Origin: Oopsacas minuta
Taxonomy: Eukaryota; Animalia; Porifera
Direction: 5' to 3'
DNA: 64,000 nt
Assembly: GCA_024704765.1 (NCBI GenBank)
Contig: JAKMXF010000317.1
Coordinates: forward strand, 62,001 to 126,000
The position numbers and the translations under genes were made by a program. Of this stretch, positions 12,898 to 25,005 are shown piece after piece; position 1 is the stretch's first letter, and every line of letters begins with the position of its first letter. Under the pieces are notes generated by a model. That model saw only the letters and a program-made list of their open reading frames with translations, was not told the DNA's origin and searched no databases.

Positions 12898-14637
12898 TAT
12901 ATACTCAAATTATCATGTGTTTTGATCATTGCTCGAATATTCCACCTTTGGCTTTTACACAGCTCTTCAGACGTCCAACAAAGGACTCTACGCTTGCTCG
13001 CACCTGTTCTTCCGGAATTCTATCCCATTCACGTGTTAAAGCCGCTCGAAGATTCTCTAAACTTTTGTGAGGTTAAGAGCATGCTTTGGACTCCAAAATG
13101 GACAATATAGAATAATCGAGAGGATTCAAATCTGGCGAGCAGGGTGGCCATTCTTCCGGAGAAATATATGCAGAGCAATTCTCCTTGCATCATTTTTGGG
13201 TAGTCCTGGCTTTGTGAGCTGGTGCTGAGTCCTGTTGAAAGGTCCATGGACGACTTCTGAAATGGTTTTGGGTCCAGGGCTTTAAAACCGATTCGAGAAT
13301 AGACTCGCGGTAAATAGACTGGTTGATCTTAACACCTTGTGGATAAATACTAGAGGCGTCCGTTCATCTGAGGTCGCCCCGCCCAAAGCATCACAGAGGT
13401 TGGTTTTTGCGTCCGAGAGACACGAAATGAAGATTGAGGTAAAGACGCTTAATTTGTAGCCAATATTCTGTCATTTTGCTTATTTATTTGCTGTTCAACT
13501 ATAAAGAGCTTTCATCAGAAACAAATTTGATTCTGCAACCCACCAGTGAACCTCCCAAGTAGTGATTGACATCTATCTAGCCTTTTCTTTTAATTTTTGA
13601 CTGACAACAACTGTCTCTTCTGAAATTTATAAGAACTCATCGCTAGCTCGTTTCTCATTATTAATCTCATTGACTCATGCGCAACATTCATTTCTTTAGC
13701 TAGTTTTCTCATGCTTCTCACAGGATTTCGTGATATTCGGCGTTTCACGTTCTTTCTCAAGGTGGAAGTCCTAACTGTGCGTTTGCGACCTTCTCTTGAG
13801 CGATCTTGGATGCTTCCAGTTTCAAGGAACTCAAATATAGTTCTAGATACAAACTTCTTATTCGTCTTCAACGATTAGATAATTTCAGAATTTGAATGTC
13901 CGTTCTTGTGGAGTTCAATAGCCGCTGATCTCCTAGATAACATCGCATTTCGTGCAAGTGATTGAAAAATACTATACAATAATAGCCAAGTTCAATTGTA
14001 ACTCACTAGTTGTATAGTAACGTTCGTTATAGAACGATAAATCTAATGGTAGGATATGATCTGTTCGGCTATAGTGATGCATAAAGTGGTAACAGTATTT
14101 ATTGGTCACCCTGTATATTCGAAAACAAGCAAAAATAATCGCCAGGATAATATTTGAATAAATAGTGCGATATGATACTGCATACACTATCAGTGTATTT
14201 ACCCATTGTATAATTAAACACTTAAAATATTAATTCAAATAGCTCAATTGCTAAAGGTAATGCTAAAGTTTCAAGCCCATATCTGAATTCACACACACGA
14301 TATTTTACAGGCGTATTCGAATCGCCTACAAGCTCAAAATTTCAACTAATATTACTCTAGGAGTACGGAAAGTTGATCAAAACTCCTAGAATTAGATGCA
14401 TATTTACGGATATGACCCCAATGAAACAATGTTCTCAATCTATAACTGTTGTAATTATATACTAGGGTTGACAACACTATAACCCGTGAGGTTGAGAATA
14501 TTCGGCCAGCGGATTTTGAGGCTATGACACCACCAATTATTCTGCCCTCTCCATATAGGCCAATAGAAATTGTGGTATGGTCCACAAAGTGTTAAAATGG
14601 CGATAATGCGGTAATAGGTACTTACACGGAAGATATA

Positions 14638-15377
14638 CAGTGGGAGCCGCTTAATTTGGACAGCTAGGGAGTCAATGTTTTGTCCCGATTAACCGATTAT
14701 GATTATTCAAGTACTCAATACTAGTTTTCATTGTCATATGACCAGATATATCTTATTTCTATACTACTAATCCTGATTTATCTAGGGTCTAGTAGAGATT
14801 TGGTTGCAGTATGGGTATAGTTCCGATTCAAGTGGTCTAAAATGCATTACGCAATATACTTAAAAGTAAGAAAGTAAATTTAAATAATAAAGCATGTGCT
14901 TAGGACTGCAACCCATGCAAAAACGTTGGATAAGCAACAGTGTGGTCATTATTGAGGGAATTATACACGGTGGAATAGCCAATGGAAACTGAGGCGAGTG
15001 AGCAATGTTAATAATCTTAGTATAGTAAATGGTAATCGCATCGGTGTTGTATTGTTATGATTGTAGATAATATTCAAATTCCTAGTTATAGAACAAACCA
15101 TTTTACAATGATTGAGAATAAATATAGAATCATAAAATTGGGATAGAAATCCTAATTAATCGAATATAATTCATATCCGATTAATCGGGATAAGAAATCC
15201 TAAATAACCGATTATGAACTTTAAAATATTCAGGTTATCGGGATAAAAAATCCCGATTAACCAATTCAATGTCCCAATTATCCGACGATTTTCTATGTAA
15301 AAAATCTGTTCCCAAACTATTGTCCCGTTTAAGCGGATATCTCGATTATCCGAGTCCCGATTAAGCGGCTTCCACTG
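14638..15377. mobile_element. 740-bp non-autonomous pogo derivative
   Basis: Ends cagtgggagccgcttaat and ttaagcggcttccactg with TA TSDs. Both ends align with the pogo at 57825-60202; the transposase region is absent. Confidence 0.85.
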
Positions 15378-17972
15378 TATAATAAAATGTTGTTCTATAT
15401 AGTAAATCGACTCTGTAGATCTCAAAAATGGCACCAGATTTTTAGTTGCACTTCTGGAAATGGAACTATGACGTAATCTGTTGTATTTTGCTATAAATAT
15501 TAATTATGGTTCAAGAATAAATCAGTTCTAATTTTGTAAGTGTTTTATACCATCCAGCCCTATTTATTGATAAATTTGAATAACAATGCGTATACTAAAT
15601 TCATTTATGCATTGGTTACTTCATAAAATGATACTAATAAATTAGAAATACAGAAATTGTGAAATTCTTATAACCAAATGTAAAATTTACTAAAATACAT
15701 TTCATCCAATGGGTGTGCTCCATACACTTAATGTCAAGAAAAGTATAAGTGGACGCCTTTGGGCGGGCCTAGAAATTATTGAAAATGAAATTTAGAAAGA
15801 TATACTATGCGAAATTGTCAGTTATTCAACTCGTAATTGTTTGCATTGTAAGATCGGGGACCTAAAAGGTAGCTCAAGGAGTTGAAATATAGACAAAAGA
15901 TTGACAGGGGTAAAAAAGCTTGAGAATGAAACAATAAGGATTAATTTTGGTTTGCAAACCAGTTAAATTAATCACAAAATGCATAAGAATACTGTTAAAT
16001 GCCATTGAATTACTAAAATCCTGGAATGCTGAAATATCGCAAGGGTATTTGAAGTATACATATTTGTGGTTTTCAGGTTATCAAAGTTCAAATTTCAGCC
16101 TAAGTTCGAGGCCTTAGTTAGAAATGTTATAAGTTCATTAAGTAACTAATAATAGCATATTTCTAGGTTTAAAATAGTGTAAATCGAATGCACACATTAA
16201 TTTTGGTAAATAGCGATGTCAAATTTTAACCTATTACCGCATAGTTCCATACTGTGTGGCCTTCCAATCCCGTAGCCATTGCTCCAGAGGCCAAACTAAT
16301 CCACAACCCGAGAGTACGCCCCTGGATTAATTGGCTTTAAACAAAAAGCAAATTAATACAGGGCGCCATTTAGCGTTCGAGCATAGGATCGACCGTCTTT
16401 GTTCGAACGATAAATGGGTGGAGCAAGTTGCCCTAAGGGTTGATAGTCCTGTTTTCTTAAAACTCTCTACAGAGGTTTACGATCGTTTTCCTTGAACTAA
16501 TACAGCAGTTCCCAAACTTTAACACCCTGACTTAATAAAAAATGTAGATTAAAGTATTGCAGTACGATTACTTATTTTGTATAGGTGTGGTGGAGGAGGA
16601 GCTTGGCATCCCAAAATATTAAGTAGGCCTCTACAAAAAATTTGAACGCATTGATCATATCAATAAGAGAAGTTGGGAAACTGGATAGTATTTTAGAGGC
16701 TGTGCTCACATAAAATTCCACCAGACCCCTTCGAAAATCTTGTTGCTGCTACACCAATGGCATGGTCTCCCAAATAATCCGGACTATTGGATAAGCTGAA
16801 AGAAATTTGAAATAGCAGTTTGTGCAAATTAAATTTCATTAGACAACTGTTTATCGGGCACTTGTTTACTCTCTGGCTACCTCATTAAGTATAGTGAAAT
16901 ACGATTAATCAGATCATAAATAATGTAGATATAGACATAGGTTTGAAAATGTTAGAATCGAACCACCATACTCGATTACTCCTGACAAACATTTGGAAAC
17001 GTAAGTCCTAGAATATTTTGGAATAAATGCAAAAGGTGTAAAATTATGATTAATCCTCTGGTAATTATGTGAAATTGTACTTTCATGAAGTCTCAGATTC
17101 GGTCTTTAAGAATCAAATTACCTCCGACAACATATTGAAACCAAAATATTCAAAATTTCGATAGAGCAATAATTTTGGACCACCTATATATTAGGTACGT
17201 ATATGAAATATTTGAATTATACACATGAGGCAATTCTGCTTACCAGTAGAATAGCTCGCGTACCACAGTTTTAGAACAACTGTACTAAGACATTAAAATG
17301 GATGAAATATATAGTTAAGAGGAAATAACTTCCAAAGCAATGTAGGCGTAGCTACTAGGGCGTTCAATAAGTCTTGCGGGTGATATCATAGAATATGATA
17401 CAAACACTATACACACTAATTCACTATATTATTTCTTCAAAGTAATCCCCTCCTGCAGATACACAAAGTTGTAACTTTTCCACCCACTTGTAAAACACAT
17501 TTCTGTATTCTTCTTCGGGGATGGTTGAAGTACTGGTACAGGCCGGTTCCGAGTGCTTGTAATGTGTTAAAATCTTTGCTTTGAAGGTAGATATTAAACT
17601 TGGGGAATAGCCAAAAATCACACAGAGCTAGGTCTGGTAAGTATGGTGGATGGGAAGTAATTCTAACCCTTCTACATCCAAGAAATTTTTGGTAAGCTTA
17701 GCTGTATGGGAACTGGCGTTACCAATTAAGGAAGTCCGACATTTCGTTCCACGACATTTCGCTCCACTTTTGATTGGTCAATTTTTGTTAATTATTTAAC
17801 AGGTTTTAAATGGCTAAATAATAGAACTAATTTCTTGTCTGAATTCGTTTGGTTAATTCTAGCATAAATAAAATTGGTTTACAAGTTGCTTTGTATAATT
17901 TGCTAAATAGATTAACTAAGTAGCTTGTATAGATTCATTTAGATTGTGGTCGAAAATAGACATAGTATATTA

Positions 17973-19177
17973 CACTGAGCAACATCAAATTTATTCCTCA
18001 AATGAAAATATATTACCTAGACTAACTTTAGGATGCTGATTCCAAATCTGAAATCAGAATTGGTCTATCACGTCAGGATTTCAAGATATGAAAATTCACG
18101 AAATTCGGATTTTGCATTGATTGACACTATATTATAAGGTACTATATAGTACAAGTTAGGCCTATTGTACAATTTTCTTTCCCAGCGAATTGTTGATCAA
18201 CAATGCATATTATGTATGGTTAATATTAACATTATTTTGTAAATGTAATGTTCTATCTTTTGACAATTAATGCATTCTTGAGTGTTCTTGGCCATGGCTA
18301 TAAGGAGGGGTTATTTAGCCTACTTGCGGGTGGATTGTAGACTGTATCGATAAACCAACAACATTACTGTTTTGCAGAATTTTTAGTTTGTAACTGATTG
18401 TGTATTTAAGCTTTTTGTTTACAATCAATACGAGCAGAAGACAATGCACGAACCACCCAGATAACTTCTGCTATATTTGTGGAAAATTTGCGCCGAAGCC
18501 CCAGCGAAGAAATATTGCCAATCGTGTCAAGATTGGCTACAAGTATTACTTTGGTTGCAAGTTGGTGACCAAGACAAGAACTGGGCACCTCACATCTGTT
18601 GTACCGTCTGCTATGCCAGTCTAATCCAATGGCTTAATGGAAAGAAGAAATCCATGCCATTTGCGGTACCTATGATTTGGCGAGAACCTAAAAACCATAC
18701 GTCGGATTGTTATTTTTGCACAACAAATATTGCTGGATTTTCGACCTCTATACCGTGATGGAATCGCGGTATAGAGGTCGATTTAACCCAAACATGATAC
18801 GGGACTACTGCTGGTTTTTCCAGCGTGAAACTGACACTGAACATGCTCGTAAGAGCAAGTGTATAAAGCACTTTTGAGAGGATACAATGTTATTTTTGTC
18901 TGGTTTAATCATCCTGGGTTGTGTTAAATGGTGCAAAATGATAATTCTGTTATTCTCACTAGCAATCACTGTGTTTATTACATGTAATGTTTTGTTCTGC
19001 ATAGCCAAAATAGCCAAAATGACAATTACGGGTTGTTGTGTGCATATGTCATATCTCAAAAACGTGACGTGTTAGAAAAAATCTAAGGCGAGATTTGGAT
19101 TCAGCATGGCCATATTAGTCTAGGTAAACTTGAAACGAGCAAGGAATAAAAAATAAGTTGTAAAATGTTGTCCAGTG
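17973..19177 (+). mobile_element. Chapaev3-type element with internally deleted transposase
   Basis: Termini cactgagcaaca and tgttgtccagtg flanked by TTA (TWA TSD). N-terminus NHPDNFCYICG, WAPHICC, MPFAVPMIWREPKNHTSDCYFC is fused to C-terminus RYRGRFNPNMIRDYCW. Confidence 0.75.
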
Positions 19178-19299
19178 TTATTAGAGGATGACATATATAA
19201 TTACGTAGTAGTTATTACAAACTGGTATAGCTTCCAGAGCAGTTGACTAGATCTTATTGCATTTGTTTCAAACAATTTTAGCGTCCTGGCGGATTCAGT

Positions 19300-19508
19300 G
19301 GGTGCTAAAACCTGTTTTTCGGAGCCCGCTTCTTTGTCCCGGTTGAATTCCAAATTTCCAATAGACATTAACATTAATATATTTCAGATTACAGACACCC
19401 AATAATTCCGACTTCCAGCCATTTATTAGTACCAAATTATATTGATAACCCCGAAATTACGGCCATTTACCTGAGTCCAAGGGTGACCGTAATTCAGATG
19501 TTCCACTG
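19300..19508. mobile_element. Terminal fragment or MITE of the pogo family at 42010-44015
   Basis: ccccgaaattacggccatt...gggtgaccgta...ttccactg-TA matches the end at 43955-44015; followed by a (TA)n(TG)n microsatellite. Confidence 0.6.
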
Positions 19509-20203
19509 TATATATATATATGTGTGTGTGTGTACTTGAAATTACTTCCTTGTTCACATCTTTGGACTTTGGAGGGGTTAAGACCAGATTTGGCATGTAT
19601 ACTCGCATGAGATCTAGATAAGCACGGTTATCGAAGTGCTGTGCAGCGCGCCCTGTGTTGGTTTTGCCCCTGTTGACTAAAAACATTGTTCATTGATTAT
19701 ATATGTATACCGCCCACCGGAACCACATACGAGGCAACAAAGCTACGTCTTGTAATGTTTGCTTTATTTGTGTTCGCAATAATTTATATAAACGAGCGAG
19801 TTGCGCTTGCGGTTTACGATCACGCTATTAGGGGAAACCAGGCCTGACTAAGCCAATGTAGAGATGGCCAATTAGAAATGTTTTAAGTTTATATTTCATT
19901 GCTTTTGTCGAGATTATTGAACCAAAGCTCTGTATAAATCCTAGTTTCCCAGTGTATATATGACTACTTGTATTATTAATAAGTACTTACAAGAAATATA
20001 ATTGATTAATTAAACATTTATCTAAAAACAATAGGAAACTAAACAAACAAATAGAAACTAAAAACTAAACTATGTTCTACTTGGGTGCAGCTACCACATC
20101 TCGACCACTGTCCACTTCAATTGGTAGCTGCACCGTCAGGAATGAGGAGGAAATCAGGAGAGAGGAGATTATACACATTGGCATGGAGAAAGAGGGAAAG
20201 AGA

Positions 20204-21504
20204 AAGCAAGGGTTCATACGAAGGGAATGGAGATAGTGAAGCGTACGAATGGGCATCTGCATGCACCTGATGTGCAGGCTACGGCCTGCAGTGAGATAAA
20301 GGCCGGCATCAAGAGGAAAGCACGAGACACACAGGATGGCTCACACCACATAATCGGTGAGGGTATGCTAACAGCACCAGAGGGTACTGCTGCTGAACTA
20401 CCTAAGCTGGACAGCCTGAAGCGGACGATACAGCGTCAGCGTGCAAGTGTATTATCAGCTCCAGTGCAGCCTACCGCCCTATCAGAGTTGGTTCTACCTG
20501 CAGAATACCAGCGGACAGCCAAGGGGGAACAGTTCCTACTCTATGACTCTGGGGAAGGCGATGCACATAGATTCCTCATCTTTGGGACACAACGCAACCT
20601 CGGAATGCTACAGCAAAGCAAGATCTGGCTAGCTGATGGCACCTTCAAGACGGCGCCTCCCCTCTTCGCCCAGGTGTATGTGGTGCATGGACTCCGAGGA
20701 GGAGACGATCCTATGAAGACTGGTCATCTGTTGCCGAGTCTGTTCGTGCTGCTGGCCAACAAGACAGAGGATACCTACCGGAGGATGTGGGAGCAGATCC
20801 GCCTACTCTGTCCTCTTGCCCAGTCTGAACAGATGCTCCTGGACTTTGAGAAGGGGGCAATTAACAGCTTTGAGCATGTCTGGCCTAACACAGTGGTGAA
20901 TTGCTGCTTCTTCCACCTCACACAGAATATCTAGCGCCATGTGCAGTCTGTAGAGCTGCAGTCTGACTACACACATGACGAAAAGCTGGCCATGCGCATC
21001 CGGAAGATACCAGCCCTTGCATTCGCCCGACCAGCAGACGTGCCCGATCTGTTTGAGCAAGTGTCAATGGACCTCCCACTTACGTCTGAGATAGGCGAGC
21101 TAGTCGACTACTTTGAGAGGACGTATATCGGTCGCACGCTAGCCACTGGACACCATGTAGCGGCGACGTTCCCAATTGGCCTGTGGAACTACCACTTCAG
21201 CACGCCCTTCGGACTCCCCCGTACAACCAACGCCGTAGAGGCATGGCACCGCAGCTTCAATGCCACTGTCGGCCGCCATCACCCCACCATATGGAAGTTC
21301 CTCCTAGCCCTCAAGCGTGAGCAGGGCCTAGTGGAGGTGCGGCAGACTAACTACCTTGCTGGGAAGCCGCCAACCAAGCGGAGGAGGTCCCAACAGAGTG
21401 AACAAGCGTTGAGGACTCTAGTTGGAGAATATTATTTACCAAATCGTACTAAGATGGAGTTCTTGCAGGGTGTAGCACATCATTTGGGTCTGGGAGCGGA
21501 TTAA
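20204..21504 (+). pseudogene. MULE transposase, inverted duplicate copy lacking most of the N-terminus
   Basis: WLADGTFKT, LLDFEKG, CFFHLTQ and PRTTNAVEAWH motifs; in-frame TAG at 20932-34. Confidence 0.9.
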
Positions 21505-22551
21505 CATGTTAATATAAAGTATTATCTCAAAATCAAATTTATTTGAGGGATAGATAATACGGAAGATTAACATCCGTTCTCAGGCTGAGATGGTGTCTAC
21601 ACTTGTATGGAACTTCGTCTTAGTATGGTCTGGTGGATGTATTCTCCAACTAGAGTCCTCAACGCTTGTTCACTCTGTTGGGACCTCCTCCGCTTGGTTG
21701 GCGGCTTCCCAGCAAGGTAGTTAGTCTGCCGCACCTCCACTAGGCCCTGCTCACGCTTGAGGGCTAGGAGGAACTTCCATATGGTGGGGTGATGGCGGCC
21801 GACAGTGGCATTGAAGCTGCGGTGCCATGCCTCTACGGCGTTGGTTGTACGGGGGAGTCCGAAGGGCGTGCTGAAGTGGTAGTTCCACAGGCCAATTGGG
21901 AACGTCGCCGCTACATGGTGTCCAGTGGCTAGCGTGCGACCGATATACGTCCTCTCAAAGTAGTCGACTAGCTCGCCTATCTCAGACGTAAGTGGGAGGT
22001 CCATTGACACTTGCTCAAACAGATCGGGCACGTCTGCTGGTCGGGCGAATGCAAGGGCTGGTATCTTCCGGATGCGCATGGCCAGCTTTTCGTCATGTGT
22101 GTAGTCAGACTGCAGCTCTACAGACTGCACATGGCGCTAGATATTCTGTGTGAGGTGGAAGAAGCAGCAATTCACCACTGTGTTAGGCCAGACATGCTCA
22201 AAGCTGTTAATTGCCCCCTTCTCAAAGTCCAGGAGCATCTGTTCAGACTGGGCAAGAGGACAGAGTAGGCGGATCTGCTCCCACATCCTCCGGTAGGTAT
22301 CCTCTGTCTTGTTGGCCAGCAGCACGAACAGACTCGGCAACAGATGACCAGTCTTCATAGGATCGTCTCCTCCTCGGAGTCCATGCACCACATACACCTG
22401 GGCGAAGAGGGGAGGCGCCGTCTTGAAGGTGCCATCAGCTAGCCAGATCTTGCTTTGCTGTAGCATTCCGAGGTTGCGTTGTGTCCCAAAGATGAGGAAT
22501 CTATGTGCATCGCCTTCCCCAGAGTCATAGAGTAGGAACTGTTCCCCCTTG

Positions 22552-25005
22552 CAGGGTTGTTTGATTTAAATTAAGTGATTTAAATCATGATTTAAATCAT
22601 GATTTAAATCAATGATTTTTATTAATAAAAATCATGATTTAAATCAAAAATCCGAGTTTTATCAAAATATCCTCTTTCAATTCAATATTTTTATGTTTTT
22701 ATTATCTTATCAAGCTGATTATGTCCATTTTGCTATTATAAATTTATACCTATCGAAAATCTATTCATTTGACGGCAGGGTTGTTCGATTTAAATAAAAA
22801 TAAATGATTTGTACAGTCAGGGTCGCTTATTGTGTACCCCTTCATAATGACTTGGCTGAGTACAAATCTTATGTAAGCCGAAGAATCGGGACCTGAGAGG
22901 TTGTTCATAATGAACGAATGTTCATATTAAGCTGGTTATTAATAAGCGACCCTGAGTCTATATATATATATTTAAACAACCACTTACAAAAGATTTATAA
23001 CTATTAGATTACTACTATCCTTAGCATTTAACAACACTTGATATGGCAGGTAGGAAACAAGATGATATATGGGTCCACTTCGAACGGTATACGACAGAAG
23101 GAGTTGCTGGCTGGAAAGCAAGGTGTAAACTTTGCAAAAAGGAGATGCAGGGGGTGGTCAACCGCCTTAAGCAACATTATTCTTCATGCAGCATGCAAGA
23201 CCATCCCATAATAGCTGAAAATGAATCAATTGATTTAGTAGCCAGATCAACTGCATTATGTGGAGAAGTGCCTGATACAAGTCTTTTTGCTAAAGAAAAA
23301 AGACCTAGGATTACTCATATCGGTGAATATGTCATGAAGACTTCGAAATCAGAGGCAGAATTACTGGATCTCCAAATTGCTCGTTATATTTACGCAACTA
23401 ACACGCCTTTTATAGCTGTTGAACACCCCGAGTTTATGAAACTAATAAAGATGCTACGGCCAGGTTATATACCACCAAATCGCCATGATATAGGGAATAA
23501 ACTATTAAATAATGTACAAGGATCTCTCTTGGATACATGCAGAAAAACCCTGGAGGATAAGACAGTCTCCTTATCACTGGATGGATGGAGTAACGTACAT
23601 AATGAACCTGTCGTGTGTGTGAGTGTTACAACTGACAAAGGAGAGACTTTCCTTACTGAGACAATTGATACCTCTGGACATAGTCACACATCAGAATATC
23701 TGGCAGAACTTGCTGCAGATGCTATTACTTCCTGTGAGATAAATTTTAGATGTCATGTACGTAACGTTGTAACTGACAACGCAGCCAATATGGCAAAAAT
23801 GAGAAGAGATTTACAAAAAAAGATACCGAATGAAATATTGACATACGGATGCTCTGCTCATTTGTTGAACCTATTAGCACAAGATGTACAGATTACTGGG
23901 GTAAAAGAACAAGTTGTCCAGATAGTCAAATATTTTAGACATACACATCTACCTGCAGCTAGATACAAGCAAGCTGGTGGTAATTCTCTTGTTATCCCAC
24001 ATGAAATTAGATGGAATACTTTGACGGACTGTTTGAAAAGCTATATTTCTAACTGGCATATCCTTGTACAGGTCTGTGAGGAATATCGTGATGAGATAAA
24101 TTCGAACATTGGTAATAAAGTTAAGAATTATTCTATCAAACGTAACGCTGAAGATCTCTTTATTAGATTAAAACCAATTTCAGTTGCTCTAGATAGAATT
24201 CAAAGGGAAAATGCTATAATTAGCGATACAGTTGAAGTATGGAAAACACTTTATGAGGATCTTCTAAGTTCACAGCAACCGGCACATGTACTAAGGAAAG
24301 TAGACGAAAGAGCTGCCCAAGCTATTTCTCCAGCACACTATTCTGCGAACTTAATAGACCCAAGGTATAGAGGAAGAAAACTCACTGAGAAAGAAGCTAC
24401 CGATGCAATGGAATATATTCATCAGCATTGTCCAAATGCAATGGCGACTGTCTTGCAGTTCAAAGCAGGATATGATCCTTTCAAATCCTACATGTTTAGT
24501 GACGATGTAGTTGATAATATTACGCCAGCTTGCTGGTGGGCATCAATGCATGGAACGTTGGGGAAAGATATTACTAAAGTTGCTGAACAACTTCTCACCG
24601 CAATTGCTTCAAGTGCGGGAATTGAACGTATATTTTCTACATTTGGATATATACACTCAAAAACTCGCAACCGACTTGGAATTGAGAAGGCGGCTAAACT
24701 GGTGTTCGTTTATAGGATATTGAACATGAAAAATTAAATTATTCTATTTTCTACACTCTATATTCTACGAGATAGACCACAATTATGTATTCATTTATTT
24801 ATATGTATCAATCTTCACAATTCATAAATACGCATACATTATTATAACAAGGACAGGTGATACGGCCGGATGGTTCAGTCAGCTGTCAAACAAAATCTGA
24901 TTTAAATTAATAAAAATCCGATTTAAATCAAAAAAATCTGATTTAAATCAAAAAAATCCGATTTTTTTGATTTTTTTAAAAAAATCATGATTTTTATCAA
25001 CCCTG
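22552..25005 (+). mobile_element. Full-length hAT element
   Basis: Termini cagggttg and caaccctg, perfect 8-bp TSD CCCCCTTG (22544-51, 25006-13), and subterminal gatttaaatc arrays at both ends. Confidence 0.95.
23043..24737 (+). CDS. hAT transposase, 564 aa, uninterrupted (BED finger, DDE, dimerisation domain)
   Basis: W.HF..CKLC..LKQH..C BED finger, SLDGWS, VTDNAANM, CSAH, IRWNT, ASSAGIERIFS. Confidence 0.95.
   Translation: MAGRKQDDIWVHFERYTTEGVAGWKARCKLCKKEMQGVVNRLKQHYSSCSMQDHPIIAENESIDLVARSTALCGEVPDTSLFAKEKRPRITHIGEYVMKTSKSEAELLDLQIARYIYATNTPFIAVEHPEFMKLIKMLRPGYIPPNRHDIGNKLLNNVQGSLLDTCRKTLEDKTVSLSLDGWSNVHNEPVVCVSVTTDKGETFLTETIDTSGHSHTSEYLAELAADAITSCEINFRCHVRNVVTDNAANMAKMRRDLQKKIPNEILTYGCSAHLLNLLAQDVQITGVKEQVVQIVKYFRHTHLPAARYKQAGGNSLVIPHEIRWNTLTDCLKSYISNWHILVQVCEEYRDEINSNIGNKVKNYSIKRNAEDLFIRLKPISVALDRIQRENAIISDTVEVWKTLYEDLLSSQQPAHVLRKVDERAAQAISPAHYSANLIDPRYRGRKLTEKEATDAMEYIHQHCPNAMATVLQFKAGYDPFKSYMFSDDVVDNITPACWWASMHGTLGKDITKVAEQLLTAIASSAGIERIFSTFGYIHSKTRNRLGIEKAAKLVFVYRILNMKN

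Larger units (their letters stand above)
11462..14113 (-). mobile_element. DD37D (maT-type) element hosting a DD37E element
   Basis: TIR ca(c/g)ggtgaccaataaatactgttac (24/25) with TA TSDs. Transposase about 13950-12935 has FQQDSAPAH...SPDLNPLDY (DD37D) with internal stops. Confidence 0.88.

Noticed and set aside
14352-14585. 77-aa ORF as a nested gene
   Set aside because: No homology recognised and no convincing splice sites.
22560-22650. gatttaaatcat arrays (also 24898-24995) as a CRISPR-like array
   Set aside because: Short contiguous units without spacers, symmetric at the hAT ends; these are subterminal transposase-binding repeats.
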